Assembly (NCBI RefSeq): GCF_009914755.1
Contig: NC_060934.1
Length of the DNA stretch: 64,000 nucleotides
Direction: 5' to 3' (one strand)
Source of the DNA: the human T2T-CHM13v2.0 reference genome, Homo sapiens
Part shown: positions 41,176 through 57,799 of the stretch, in pieces
How the letters are laid out: every line of letters starts with the position of its first letter
Numbering within the stretch: the first letter of the stretch is position 1
The notes under the pieces: generated by a model
The model's input: the letters and a program-made list of their open reading frames with translations, nothing else
What the model was told of the DNA's origin: nothing
Databases searched by the model: none
Program-made: the position numbers and the translations under genes

Positions 41176-42040
41176 TGTGATGGTCAGTTTCATGTGTCAA
41201 TTTGAGTAGGCCACAGGTGCCCAGATTAATCATTGTTTCTGGTGCTTCTGTGAAGGTATTTCCAGAGGAGATCAGCATTTGAATCTGTGGACTCAGTAAA
41301 GTAGATTGCCCTCTGCCATGTGAAGGAGCATCATGCAATCTGTTGAGGGCATGAGTAGAAAAACACGCAGAGGAAGGAGGAATTTGCCCCTCATCCCCTG
41401 CCTCACTGCAGAGCTGGGGCATCTCATCTCATCTTCTCCTGCCCTGGAACTGGGATTTACATCATTGGCTCCCCTGGTTCTCAGGCCTTCAGACTTAGAC
41501 TGAATCACACTGCAGGCTTTTCTGAACCTTTTGCTTGCAGACGGCAGATCATGGGACTTCTCAGCCTCCATAATCACATGCCGATTCCTCATAATAAATA
41601 AATCAATCTCTCTCTCTCTCCCCCCACCCAACGCACACACAGAGTCATATGTAAACAACTGAGATACGTTCTGAGAGATGTGTTGTTAGGTGATTTTGTC
41701 TTTGTGCAAACATCATAGTGTGTACTTACACAAACCTAGTCTTACTTACACAAACTGCCTACTACATAAACTGCCTACTACACACCTAGGCTAGATGGTA
41801 TAGCCTATTGATCCTAGGCTACAAACCTGCACAGCATGTTACTGTACTGAATACTGTAGGTAATTGTCACACAATGGTAAGTATCTGTGTATCTAAATAT
41901 AGAAAAGGTACAATAAAGATACAATTTTATTATCTTGTGGGACCACCATTGTACATGTGGTTCACCTTTGGCCAAAATGTTACACGTTGCATGCCATAAC
42001 TCCTATTAGTTCTTTTCTCTTATTGGAGAACTTTAATACC
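41176..42040 (+). mobile_element. MLT2 (ERVL) LTR, split by Tigger3a
   Basis: tgtgatggtcagtttcatgtgtcaatttga...; terminal tcctattagttc...ggagaac resumes at about 42001. Confidence 0.85.
41640..41996 (+). mobile_element. Tigger3a-like MITE
   Basis: gatacgttctgagagatgtgttgttaggtgatttt...ctaggctacaaacctgcacagcatgttactgtactgaatactgtagg. Confidence 0.88.
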
Positions 42041-43330
42041 GCCACTACCATAGTGCTATGAAGTAGGCTATTAGCTATTATTGTCTCTACTTTATAGATG
42101 AGAAAACCAAAACTCAGAGAGGCTAGGTAACTCGTTCTAAGGTCCCACAGCTAGGAAGGGAAGGAGTTAGAGTTTAACCACAGATTTGTGTAACCACAGA
42201 TTGCGTGACTCCATCATTTCTCTCCTACATCTTGTGTACAGTTCTTCTCTCTGTTCTTCTTTTCTCACTCTTCTGTTCTCTCATTCTTTCTCCATGTCTT
42301 GTCTGAAATCTCTCATTCCCTCTTCTTTCAGTGACCCTTCTCCGGCTCCTTTTAATCCCATTTTTATGACAGTACATAAGCATATATTTTAAGACTATGG
42401 TCTTGAACACTTTCAGGTGTGACGATACCTTTTAATGTTAAAGAATCTCCATATAATGGTAGCTGTACTAGCATCTATTGATAAAAAGCCCATGCACAGA
42501 TGGATTCTCAGATGTCATGTAATAACTCTGTGACCTCTAGGTTGGCATTCCCTACTTTAAAATATATGGGAGAATCCAGATAACCATCCGTCTTACTCCT
42601 ACCTGCTTGGCTTGTTACAATATAGAAAAGGCTTATAAATGCTACTATAGCGCTCATTTTTGCTCACCCTGTGCCTTAAGGCTACCAATTTCTTCTGAAA
42701 TGTGGTCTTTTTGTCCTTCCTTTAATATGTTTAATTATTTAAGAAGGCATGAACTGTGACACTTACATTTTATATATCACCTCTTGATTATCCAGGGGCT
42801 GATTAATTCATGGATTGCCCAAGTCGAGTCCTTCTCCTTTCCAACCCCATTTTGTTTTATCATTCCATTTCCTATTAGCGTCTTTTAGCAAGCATGGACA
42901 GTGGGGATGAGAAATGATTCTGGTTACAAATTATGAATTCTGATAAAAGATTTGGTTGGAGGAAGTTGAAGTTATTTCCCAAAGTAAGAATTTCTTTAAT
43001 CCATCAGGCACATTGACTCTCTTTCTGAGCTCTGTGAAGGCAGGAGTTGCTCTCATTCACCACTAACCTCCAGGGCTCAGCAAGGTGCCTTGCACATGGT
43101 AGCTTAATAAAAGAATGAGTAGAATGAACGAATAAGAGCTGATGAATATAATAGGGAAAATAAACTTTCTCCTAGGTGAGACATTGATTCATAGGAAACT
43201 AAGTAAAATACAAGATAACTTATTTTACGTTGCATGTCTGTAGACAACACCATATTTGACAATGTTTAAACGACTGCTTTAAAAATTAACAACAAAAGAT
43301 ATATAGGTCTAATTAAAAAATGAAAAATAT

Positions 43331-43448
43331 GGCTGGGCATGATAGCTTATACCTGTAATCCCAGCACCTTGGGAGACTGAAGTGGGAAGATTGCTTGAGG
43401 CCAGGAGTTTGAGACCAATCTTGGCAACATACGAGAAACCATCTCTAC

Positions 43449-43479
<31 letters not shown>

Positions 43480-43770
43480 ATCTCAGTGTTGTGGCATGCA
43501 CTCCCAGCTCAGGAGGCTGAGGTGGAGGATTGCTTGAGCCCAGGAGTTTGAGGCCAGCAGCCTGGGTAACATAGTGATACTCTGTCTCTAGAAATAATTA
43601 AAAAACAAAAATTAGCCAGGTGTGGTGGCACACACCTGTAGTGTCAGCTACTTGGGAGGCTGAGGAGAAAGAATCACTTAAACCCAGGAGTCGGAGGTTG
43701 AAGTGAGCTGTGAATGCACCACTGCACTCCAGCCTGGGTGACAGAGGGGAACCCTGTCTTTTAAAAATAA

Positions 43771-43809
<39 letters not shown>
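43331..43809 (+). mobile_element. AluJ composite of three monomers with a (TAAA)n tail
   Basis: Left arm, long A linker, a chimeric monomer, then a right arm ending in (TAAA)n at about 43768-43809. Confidence 0.85.
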
Positions 43810-44724
43810 GATAAAAAGAAAAAAGTTACATAGTGTCATTTTATCCCCCTGATAAAAAGAGGGAGAGACACATTTCTAAGACAAGGGTTGGTCCAGGCAA
43901 ACTCCTCCTGTTATATTAGGTATTAAAGAAACATATTCATACTCAACACACTAACTATTGAGCACCTAGTATGTGTCAGGTGCTGTGCTAAGCAATTTAC
44001 ATGGCTTATCTCATTTGTCTTCACCACAATGGTAGGAAGTACTATTATTTGACAGGTATCAGCAAGTTACCAGTGTTCTCTGAAAATTTCTTTAGCTCTC
44101 CAGCGTTTTGAACCAAGAATGAACTTGTCTTCTTTTTACTTCCTGGTTTTTAAATTAAAGATTTATTTTCCTATGAAATGTTAGGTGTGTTTAAAAGATT
44201 GATTTAGATTTTAGATATACCCTTGGAAACTTTGAGATATCTGTTATTTTACTATCTCTTGCTTTTTGACATTAATACATTGTCTAGAAAGGAAACTTTT
44301 ATAATGAGACTTACCATACTTTTCAAAGTCTTCCTAAGCAAAATGTTTTGCATGTGGGGATGCAGACAGGGAAGAAGGCCAGGCAGCATCTCTGAGCCTG
44401 TTCCATGGCTCTGGTGCTGTCCAGGAATCAGGTGCTGAAATGTTTTAACCAAGGCCTTCTCAGGCCAGCCGGATGGAGCAATAGCTGATGGGAGTTGGGG
44501 GAGTGCTGCCTCAGCTATAGCCTGGTGCCGCTGCTTCCCAGAATAGGGAAGCAACTTTAAAAGATCCTGGTGGAACTAGAATTACAGCCCACCTTATTTG
44601 GAGGGGGTTGAGGGAAATAACTAGCTATCTCCCTCCTACTCCTTCCATACTTTGCTTTAGCTTGGAAGGAAGGATATGGACAACAGGTTACTGATGGAAA
44701 AATATATGTTCAAAAAATAAGCCT

Positions 44725-45430
44725 AATTATGGAAAACCGTATGGAAGTTCCTCAAAAACTTAAAAATAGAACTACCATATGATCAAGCAATCCCACTACT
44801 GGGTATATATCCAAGGGAAATGAAATCAGTATGTTGAAGAGGTATCTGCACTCCCATGTTCATTGCAACATTATTCACAACAGCTCAGATATGGAATCAA
44901 CCTAAGTGTCAATCAATGGATGAATGGATAAAGAAAATGTGATAACACATAATAAAGTATTATTTGGCCTTAAAGAAGAAGAAAATCCTGTCATATGTGA
45001 CAACATGGGTGAACCTGGAAGACATTATGCTAAGTGAAATAAACCAGGCACAGAAAGACAAATACCACATAATCTTACCTACATATAGAATCTAAAAAAG
45101 TTGAATTTATAGAAGTGGAGAGTGGAATGATAGTTATCAGGGGCTAGGAGTGAGGAAGGGAGATATTGGTCAAAGGATACAAAAATTTCAGTTAGATGGG
45201 AAGAATGAGTTCAACAGATCTATTGTATAACATGGTGACTATAGTTAATAACAATGTATTGTATTCTCCAAAATCACTAAGAGAGTAGATTTTAAATATT
45301 CTTATCACAAAAAAGTGAGGTAATGCATATCTTAATTAGCTTGATTTAGCCATTTCACAGTGTATACATATTTTATAACATGATTTGTACAATAAATATA
45401 TACAACTTTTATTTGCCAATTCAAACAAAA
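44725..45430 (+). mobile_element. L1MA 3' end
   Basis: atggaagttcctcaaaaacttaaaaatagaactaccatatgatcaagcaatcccactactgggtatata...ttaattagcttgatttagccatt. Confidence 0.9.
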
Positions 45431-46224
45431 ACCAGGCTGACATCAGTACAACTGGTTAGTGGTGCATTTTGAGAATTTCACTGCCTCTCCTGTCTTGGTG
45501 TTAGGAACCGAGAAGAACCAGGACTGGAGGCTCAATGATACTGTCAGTCCCTTGGGACTACTCAGCCAACAAAAAATTATTGCGGTTTAATGAAAGGGAA
45601 ATTAGCATAAGGACCTTGGCTTTAATACTAAAAGATCAAACCCATAGAGCAGTTTTTCATCATAGAAAAGTTCCACAGAGGGTGAAAGCCTTATGACTAC
45701 AACCTTATATGAAATGCAGTGTTTATAAGAGGCTAGAATATTCATTGGGGACATGAATCTGATGGGTGTGCTGAACATGGAATGAGTGTCTTCGCTGTAG
45801 CAAATATGACATTCTGCTCTGTTATTTCCATATATGCCTTATCTCTCTTATGACTAAGATAGCTTGAAGGAGGGGATCATATTCTTGTATCTTCCAAAGT
45901 GCTGAGCACACAACTATGCACACGGTAGGGTAGGCTTGTAGAATTTGCTTATTGAATTGATTGATGTTGCTCTCAAGGCGAAGGTCCTTAAATCAATCAC
46001 TCTGAGTATAGCTAATGTTTATTATTTTCATTAATCCTCTTATCTAAAATCCTCCATCCACCCATAAGACCCTTGCCTATTTCATTTGAACACTATGTGA
46101 TAGGCACTGTAGGTGCACGGATGAAAAAGATAAAGTTCCTGCCTTTAGAAGTCTGCAATCTAATGTGAGAGGAGAAATTTTAAAAAGAATTATTGATCAA
46201 AATGTGTATGTAGAGTGTTTACTC

Positions 46225-46516
<292 letters not shown>

Positions 46517-48238
46517 TAGAATGTTTACTATTTAATTAAATAACATTGGGATATATTTTTGGTTTGAGTTTTATTTTAAATCTGATTCAGATAGCAAAAA
46601 CTCCTTCACAAACCTAGGTTAACATGGATCACAGATTGCCAACTGTTTTTATATATTCTTAAGAATCTTCCCAAAGCCTCTCCTTTGGGGCTAGGGATGG
46701 TTACGCTCTGGTTTGCAACACAGCACCAGATAGGGTGCTCGCTCTGGTCTACAAATGGGCTTCTCTTGTCTGATTTATAAGCCATAAGTTTTGGCATTAG
46801 ATAAGGAAAGCAGCTGTAGAGAAAAGGAGGGAGAGGACATATTAGAGGCATATGCCAGGGTGTTCCCAGAACTGAAGGAGAGCTTCAGGGGACGCATAGA
46901 TCTGTGGACCTCAGGGACAGGCCCTTGGGATTCTCTCCTCGTCTTCTCTCTGGATGTCATCGGCATTCTCTCAGGTTCCTCCATGAGATGGGGGAGAGAA
47001 CAAGTGGTAGTTGTGATATACCTTTTCAACTCATGATTCAACAGCAAAGGGAGAACTTTCCTTCAAGATAGAAAATTTCAGATCAAGATACTGATTAGAT
47101 ACTGGACTAATCCCTAGTGGCCAAAGGGCTACTTTGATTGGCAGCCCCACAGGATCCTGTGATTGAAACAGTTCTCCAGAGGAGGAGTATTCTTCCCAGA
47201 AGGAATGAAGGTCCTGTGGAGGCCCAAGGAGCAGATCCGGCCACCTTATCCTGTGTGAGGAGCTCTGGAATGCATTGCTGCTTTCCAGGATAGCTCCCAA
47301 GCAGGGAGAATCCCCTTCCACTGCCCAATCATGGACAGCATACAGAATGACTGCAACAGCTGGGCACATCAAAGGATACTGTGTAGTTGTCCATGACCTC
47401 ATATGGCTATAGGTATTTTATAAACAACATGGGAAGATGGCTGCTGAGGGGGAAGGAATCTTTTCTGATGTGCACAGTTCATGTTTCTTTGCTTGGCATA
47501 GCCAAACACCAGTGGATGGTATCATCTGTGCTGTGAACAGATTCTGATTTTGAACTCCATGCTCTTCTAGAGAGGAACAGTCCAAGGACCACAGTCTGGC
47601 CTGGCTTTTCTTGGTGCATGGGGCTTCCTGCACATACATGCTTCTCTCCCCCAACATACACACAAACACACACACACACCCCTCCTCATCTGTCTTATAC
47701 CCAAGACTTCCATGCTGTAGAACTCTTTCTATTTTGCAAGAAGAGAGTTCGAGCATCTCTGAAAAGCTAAGGGGAAGGACCTCTTAAATCCTACTTCCTT
47801 TAGTTTCACGTACCCTCCAATGTCTTCTTGGTGATAGAAAGAACACAAGCTTTGGATTTCCTAAGTCTATTTTTCTGTTTCCAATGGTATGCAGACCTCT
47901 GAAGGACCCTACCACTACAGAACAAGTAGATCCCCAATGAACTATATTTTTAGTGTATTACTGGGTTCACAAACTTAAGGAAAATCTCCAAGAACCATCC
48001 CACCCCACAGAAAAGTGAGCTGAAATTAGACCTGGCAGCAATGAATGGTAAATACATGGAAATGAGGGACTCTGAGTACCATAAAGAGTATTACTAATCC
48101 TTGAACTGGTGGCAAGATAGGGTTACAGAACCCTACATTAAGCCGGGACACTTGGAGAGAGCTAGGGTATTCTCAGGTCAGTAGGACCCCTCGGCCCTAG
48201 AGGTGGATACAAATCCTCTCTGGTAAAAGCTATTTTCA

Positions 48239-49839
<1,601 letters not shown>

Positions 49840-50336
49840 TCAATTTAGGCCCACAGAACTCCTACATTTTAAGTTCAAGCAAATATAATAAGGAAGCAAG
49901 CCACCAGAAGTTAGTGGTAATGAAAACAACTAAGAACACATTTAACACCCAAGGACTGCGGATATTAGAACTGTCAAATACAGATTATAACTATGTATGA
50001 AATATTTAAAGAATGAAATGATGAACTCACAAAAGTGGATAAGCAGTAAGACATTATCAGAGATTATCAGGGAGATTTGAAAAGAACCATATAAAACTCT
50101 TAAAAATAAAAAACGGTTTTTGAAATGAAAACTCAGCAGTTTAGATGCAATTGAAGAAATAATTAGTGAACTGGAAGATATAACTGGAAAATTATCCAGA
50201 ATGCAGCAGCACAGAGAGACAGAAGATGAAATAATGTGAGAACAGTTAAGAAACTTGGAGACTAGAATGAGAAAACCTCACATGTCTGAGTAGAGTCCCA
50301 AAAGGAGAGAGCAGAGAGAATGGAGGAAAGACTTGC

Positions 50337-50630
50337 TTTTTTTTTGAGACAGGGTCTTGCTCTGCCACAATAGGCTGGAGTGCAGTGGTGCGATCTCGGC
50401 TCAATGCCACCTTGATTTCCCAGGTTCAAGAGATCTTCCCACATCAGCCTCCTGAGAAGCTGGGACTACAGGTGCACACCACTATACCAGCTAATTTATC
50501 TTGTATTTTTAGTAGAGATGAGGTTTCTCCATGTTGCTCAGGGTGGTTTCAAACTCCTGGGCTGAACTGATCTGCTTGTCTCAATCTCCCAAAATGCTGG
50601 GATTACAGGCATGAGCCACTGTTCCTGGCC
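50337..50630 (-). mobile_element. AluJ
   Basis: Reverse Alu with TSD aggaaagactt. Confidence 0.9.
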
Positions 50631-51379
50631 AAGGAAAGACTTAAAAAGATGATGGCTGAGAAATATTCAGAATGATGACAGACATGAATCCTCCAATTTG
50701 GGAAGCACAGACCAGGTATTTTTTTTTAAAAAGAGATCCATATACACGATAGTAAAACTGCCAAACTGAACGATGAAAGAGAGAGACAAGAGATAGATCA
50801 CCTACAAAGGAATGGCGTTAGTAATAATGGGCATCTGAAAAGAAACAATGGCAACCATTACACCATGGAATAATAGCCATCAACTTGAAATTGTGCATAC
50901 AGAAAAAGGTTCTTTCAAGAATGAAGATACAGTAGAGATATTTTTAGATTAAACAAAAACTGAGTCTATCAGGACAGGGCATTCAGCAAGGTAACATCTT
51001 TGGAATTAAAGTGATCCCAGAAGGTCTTTCTGAGATGCAAGAAGGAAAAATGAGCAATAAAATGGTAAAAAAAAAATGTAAAAACATTGTCTTTATACAG
51101 TAACAACAAAACTATTATTAATTTTTATTATTATAACTGGCAGGGCTAACAAAGGGCAAAGACTAAAATACTATGCAAATGCCAAGAGTAGGGGTTCAGA
51201 GTTAACATGTCCTGAAGTCCTTGTATTGTTATAGAAGGGGGTTAAGATAATCTCAGAGTTTGTTAAGTTAAAACGTATGTAAAGTTTCAAAGTAAACCTC
51301 TAAAAAAACAAAAGTAGAGGTATAAATCCCAAATCAATAGGGGTAAAAAAAAAATGGGATTTAGAAAACAAGAACCTTC

Positions 51380-53078
51380 TGATGATGGCAGAGACAGGCC
51401 ATCTGGAGTGGCCACTGCCATCACGCTGGCTGCAGCAGGGAGGTGCAGCTGCAGGCCCAGGCCTCCCACTCCACGAAGAAGGCAGGAGCCCTGCCCTCCC
51501 AGGCACAGCTGCAGCTGCCCAAACCTGGGGCTGCTGACCCAGGACTCCCACGCAGGGGAGAAGGCATGAGCCCCACCATCCTGGGCACAGCTGCAGCTAT
51601 CCAAACCCCAGCTGCAGACCTAGGCATCCCTGCACTCTTGGGGGCCTGGGAAGGCCCCCTTGCCCTCACAGGCTCAGAAGTGCCTGCCCCTGAGACCTGG
51701 CTTCTCCCTGCTGTTGGCACCTGCTTTAATCTCAGAGCAAAGTTAGGGCAAGCCCGGGCACTGTTGTGGCCCAGCCAGGTGTGCACAGGCTCAGGGCAGT
51801 GCTGACATGCCAGCCGCCTGCTGCCTCTTCCCCCTCTGGACTTTGGGTGCCAATGAGCACAGAAGGGAAGCCAAAGGGGTGCTGAGGGCAGCTTAGTGCA
51901 GGCCTGCAAATGCCCCTTGGCACTTACAACCTGGGTGTCATGAATGGCAGCAGGAGGCAGACAGGTTTCTGAGAAGAAGGGGGCAGGTCCACATTTAGGC
52001 CCTACCTTTAGGGCAGGGAGGGCCTGACGGCTGGGTTTGGGCTGCCAGTACCATGGACAGGAGTGGGAACTTGTGGTGCCTTTTCTGGGCCTGCCCATGG
52101 CTGTCCATGGACCAATTGGCGTGCACTTCCTCCTCTCTGAGGCCCATAAAAGCCCTGGGCTCAGCCAGAGTTGAGCATACATCAGGACGACCAGCTGCAA
52201 AGAGGAGCTATCCACTCCAGGGCCCCCTCACTGCTGAGAGCGGCAGAGATGACTGACGCCCTGTCTGCAAAGAGAAGCCACCCACTCTAGGGCCTCCTCC
52301 CTGCTGAGAGCTGCCCAGATGATGGAATGACCAGCTGCAGAGAGGAGTTACCCTCTCTGCTAGGAGCTGAACACTCGACAGGACACCCTGGCTGCAGAAA
52401 GGAGCTGCCCTATGGGAGACTGAGCTGTTCTATCACTCAGTAAAGCTCCTCTTAGTCTGGCTCACCATTCACTTGTCTGACTACCTCATTCTTCGGGGTT
52501 GCAGGACAAGAACTTGGGACCTGGAGAATGGCAAGGCTGAAAGAGCTGTAATACAAAGAAGGCTGAAACATGCCCCTTGCTCTCTATATTGTGGGAAGAG
52601 AGAAGGAGAGAAGAGCTGTGACCCCTCAGGGAGCCCAGACCTAGGATCTCCTCGAGCCACGGCTGTGACTCCCTCTTTGAGACCCTGCAGTTCCCAGCAT
52701 CTCTAAGCTTCTAGGTGCCACCACGTTCCCCAGTGCCAGACAGGGAAGCTACCTGCACCCAATCCAGCCACAGCCTTGCAGAGAGCAGGCACCCATGCCA
52801 GCACCTGGAGCTGCCCGCTCTGCAGTAGCAGCCAGCATGTCTGACTGCACAGTGGCTGGGCCCTGCACTGGCTCACACACCCCTTGCCACTCCACATCTG
52901 ACTCGCAGTCTCCCTTGGAGGCGTGGGATCCAGCCTGGTGGTATGAGCTGAGCGCAGCCTGCCAGGGCGAGTGGGCGGAGCGAGCCCATCAGGCCCAAGC
53001 AAAACTTGGGCAAAAGCGCCACCAGCCACAGGTGTCTGGCTAGAAGAGCGACACCCCAGAGATCCTGAAACGCTGCCA
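51380..53078 (+). mobile_element. MER52-family (ERV1) solo LTR, about 1.7 kb
   Basis: tgatggcag...ggccatctggagtggccactgccatcacgctggctgcagcagggagg; GC-rich; TG...CA ends flanked by ccttc/ccttc. Confidence 0.85.
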
Positions 53079-55109
53079 CCTTCAATAAAAAAGATTTTCA
53101 ACCAATCAAATTTTTAAAAAGCAAGAAAGGAAGAGAGAAAATCATTGAAAACATGGAAATTGAGAAAACAAAATAACAGAAACAAGTTTAAACATACTGA
53201 TGTTCCCATTATATGGAAGTGGACTAAACTCACTGGCAAAAGGACATAGACATGGTCAAACACTTGGAGAAACTTAAGCTATACATAGGCTGCATACAAG
53301 AAACACACATAAAACATAAGCACTTTGAAAAGTTCAAAGTTAAGTATGGTAAAGATAAACCTGGCAAATACTAACCAAAAGAAAGCTGGAATAGATATCA
53401 TGTTATCAGACCAAATGTGTATTTAGGGATGGATGAGGTCACTTCATGATAATGGGTCCGTTCACCAGGAAAATACAACTGGTAAAGCTGCACCTAATAA
53501 ATTAGCCTCTACATGTATAAAACAAAAATCGACAGAATTACTGAGAGAAATGAACCGCCATAGTAGGATATTACAAAGCAAGCCCCTCAGTTATTAATAG
53601 GCCAAGCAGAAAAATATAATAAAGATTATCATTTGAATAATACAATTAACAAGCTTAATTTAATGGGCATAAAGAGAATATTATTCTACCTTTTACCATC
53701 TCTGTGAACGCAAGCAGGTCACTGGACCTGTTTCCTCATCTGCAAAGCAGGGACGACACTATTTACAGTGTTTTTGTCAAATCTAAAGTGTCATTGGCAA
53801 TAAGACTTACCATGATATTACGTGTCTCTAGGCAAGGAAGAACTCTGCCAGTTAAATGCAGGCTGCCAATTCTAAGTCCCATCTCAATTTTAGAGATATT
53901 AAAATGTAAAAAAAAAAAATGTGACTTAGGATCAATTAAATGCTGCATCTCATATGAACTGCATGATGGTTAAAAAGAGATGTCAGTAAAATACCAGACC
54001 CATGCTTTTCCTGCTCTCTATGCCTCCATAACTGTAGGCTGCAAGCAGGTGAAGGTAAACTAGGGGAGAGCATGGTACAAATCTGAAGTGGGAATGTTCG
54101 TTTTTAGCTTCCACACATCCATTTGTGTTCTAGACACCCGCACCTCAAAAATAACCTCAAAAGTTTCCTTAGAGGGAAAATTAAGTCAGAATCACAACAA
54201 AGTGATAAGACCACCTGCTCACCAGGTCAGTAGGACTGGAGAAGAGAAGGGATGTGTGAAGAAAAACACAGGATGGGGAGGCTGGCGTCAGATCCGCCCC
54301 CTGGAGCAGCAGTGATGCTGAGAGTGGGAGTTGCGTATATTCCAAAGAGCAGGGCAAGAATGAGGAAGGCCCGTGGTGCAAGGCCAGGGAGGGTCAGCCT
54401 CAGCTCTCTCCTGCCCTAGGCCTGGGCCTCTGCAGCCTGCAGTAGGGCCCGCGGGACTAAGAAGGTCCTTCAGCCAGCCCACCGCTTAAAAAAAATGGGA
54501 ATAAGAGAGACTTCAAGGAAAGTGATTGGAGACAGGGCATACGTCTACTTTCCAAATGGATGAAAAATTCAGACTACTAAATGTAGCTTTGCCGTTTTCA
54601 GCAGAGGCATTTTTAGTGTTTTAATTATATCACTATTTTTGAATGGCTTTAAATATAAATACTCTTCACTACTTTGTGAAAATCAGGTTTTTTTTTGTTA
54701 AAATCCTTTTTTAAAAATAAATTTAAAAACAAAGGAACAAAAACAAATAAGCCTAAAACTATCTTTGACCTGGAGAGGCCTCTGTCCCCTTGGTAAACAG
54801 ATCTACAGGCTGCCTGTCCTTCCAAGGCCATTGAAATGCCACCTCCAGACCTCTGTGATTCCCAGCTGGAAGTGCTCTCGACCCCCCAACCTCCAGGAAT
54901 GCTTGCGTCTCTCTAGTGGCACTGGTCACTTATCACCTCACCCAATTTGGGTGTGTTTGTCCCACCAAAGACAGTGAGATCTTTCAAAGCTCCGAATTCC
55001 CTCTCTCCACCTCCAGCCACTCATAGCACTAGGTGTCAAACAGTGAGTTACAGAGTGAATTAATCCTGATGGTCACCGAGGAACAAAGTATGCTTTTAGG
55101 AATTCTTTA

Positions 55110-55441
<332 letters not shown>

Positions 55442-55614
55442 CAAAACTCACATGTTTCTATGACAGGGATTGACGTTGATTACAAAAGAATACATTTGTT
55501 GGTAGCATATTTCGTTTATTGTTGCGAAATTACACAATAATACAGTTAAAATTCTCTGAAGTAATGGCCATCACCTCTCTGAAAAATGACACCAAGCATT
55601 CAACATTTTATCTC

Positions 55615-56110
55615 GTGTTTTAGTTTTCCATGGCTGCTTTGAAAAATTGCAATGAACTTAATGGCTTACAACAATACACACTGATTATCTTACAGTTCTG
55701 TACATTAGAAGTCCAGCATTGGTCCTGCTGGGCTAAAATCAAGGTTGGCAGGGCTGTGTTTTCTTCCAGAGGCTCGAGGGATAAATCTGTTTCCTTGCCT
55801 TTTCCAACTTCTGGAGGCCGCCCACATTCCTCGGCTCTTGGCCTCTCCCTCCGTCTTCAAAGCCAGAATAGTGGGTTGAATCCTTTTCACACAGAATCAC
55901 TCTGACTTCTCCTTCTGCCTCCTCTTCTCCCACTTTTAAGACCTTTTGATTACATTGGGCCTACTCAGATAATCCAGAATATTCTCCCCATTCCAAGGTC
56001 TTTAACTTAATCACTTCTGCAAAGCCCACTTTGCCAGGTAAGATAACCTATTGGTGGGTTCTGGGGATTAGGATGTGGCATTTTGGGGAGGCCATTATTC
56101 TGTCTACCAC
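55615..56110 (-). mobile_element. MLT1C/D LTR
   Basis: ggctaaaatcaaggttggcagggctg...gattacattgggcctactcagataatccag...ccattattctgtctaccaca. Confidence 0.88.
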
Positions 56111-56839
56111 ACCAACTGGCACACTTGTTCTGTGTGTATGTGTGCATGTGTGTCTGTCTGTCTGCCTGTCTGTCTGGGGTAATTACATAGGGGCCTCAGA
56201 CCTTTGAACTGATCAGGAGAGTATGTAATTTGGGGTGAGGGGGTGGAAGTGGAATTCTGCCCATTGCTCCTGGCTGCCCAGGACTGGGGAGAAGGAGGTA
56301 CGGATGCGGCAATGGGACAGCTCTGGCAAACCTGCCAGGCACTGCTAGGTAACCTTTTTTAGAAAAGTTTTAAGAATGGGCTAAAAAAGCCCTGGCCCCT
56401 GATCCAATTAATACGTATTAGCATTTAATTAGTATTTAATTTAATTGGTATTTATTAGTATTCAAAATCAGGGGCAGTCCATCCAAAACCACAGCTGAAG
56501 AGCTGGCACACTGCAACCATTCTTCCATGATACCAACAACAATGAAATTTCAGGGTTAAGGGTGACCCATTTAAGAAATATATTTTTGCAGAAGAGGCTT
56601 TAGAGCAGGCCCTTTCAGCAGTTTGAATCAGAAAGTGCTGAAGTTCCTCAATTCAGTTTTAATAGCAGCAGCTTCCTTTGCAGATGTAGAAGAGGCCCTC
56701 TTTTCCTTCTTGGGATTGTTAAATCTACATTGACAAAGTTCAGACCCTGGAGCATACATGGCTGTACACACAGTAGGTGCTTGAATAGCTGTTGAGCTGA
56801 ATAATCCAAAACCTTTTATTTCTAGGCTATGAGTAAATA

Positions 56840-57430
56840 CAAAAAGATTAGATTGGAAGCAATTTGGTGATATCTAATAAGATTTAAAATGAACATATCC
56901 CTGACCCTGCAGTTCCATTTCTTGGTATCCATCCTAAAGAAATATTTGCATATGTGTGTAAGGATGTACATGCAGTGTGGTGGAGTTTGCAATGGTCACA
57001 GATTAGAAACAGCTTAAACGTCACTTGAGGAATGGCAAAATGAATACAGTACATCCATACTAAGCAACTTAAAAAAAAAGCTACATCTATATGTTTGAAC
57101 ATATTATGCAGTGAAAAAAAGCAAGTTTTGGAACAATATGTATCAGTGTGATTTCTCCAGAAATTATATATTTTATAATATATATACACAATAGAAATGT
57201 ACATAACATAAACTCTTTCTCCCTATGTCTCTGTCTCTCTCACACACTCTTTCTCCATATACATGACATAGAAATTTCTGGAAGCATAAACAGCAAACCG
57301 GAAACAGTTGTTACTCTGGGAAGGGGCTGGGATGGTCTTGAAGGAGTGTGGGTTGGTAAAAATGGATTTTTACCTTGACCTAGGTTGTGTGATTTTTTTT
57401 TTTGCAACAAAATGTGCTTAAGTGTAATGT
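56840..57430 (+). mobile_element. L1ME 3' fragment
   Basis: gcaatttggtgatatcta...gaccctgcagttccatttcttggtatccatcctaaagaaata. Confidence 0.7.
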
Positions 57431-57440
57431 AAAGTAATAC

Positions 57441-57799
<359 letters not shown>

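Noticed and set aside
51287-53101. Long overlapping ORFs of up to 264 aa
   Set aside because: All lie within the GC-rich MER52 LTR, where stops are scarce; no protein motifs
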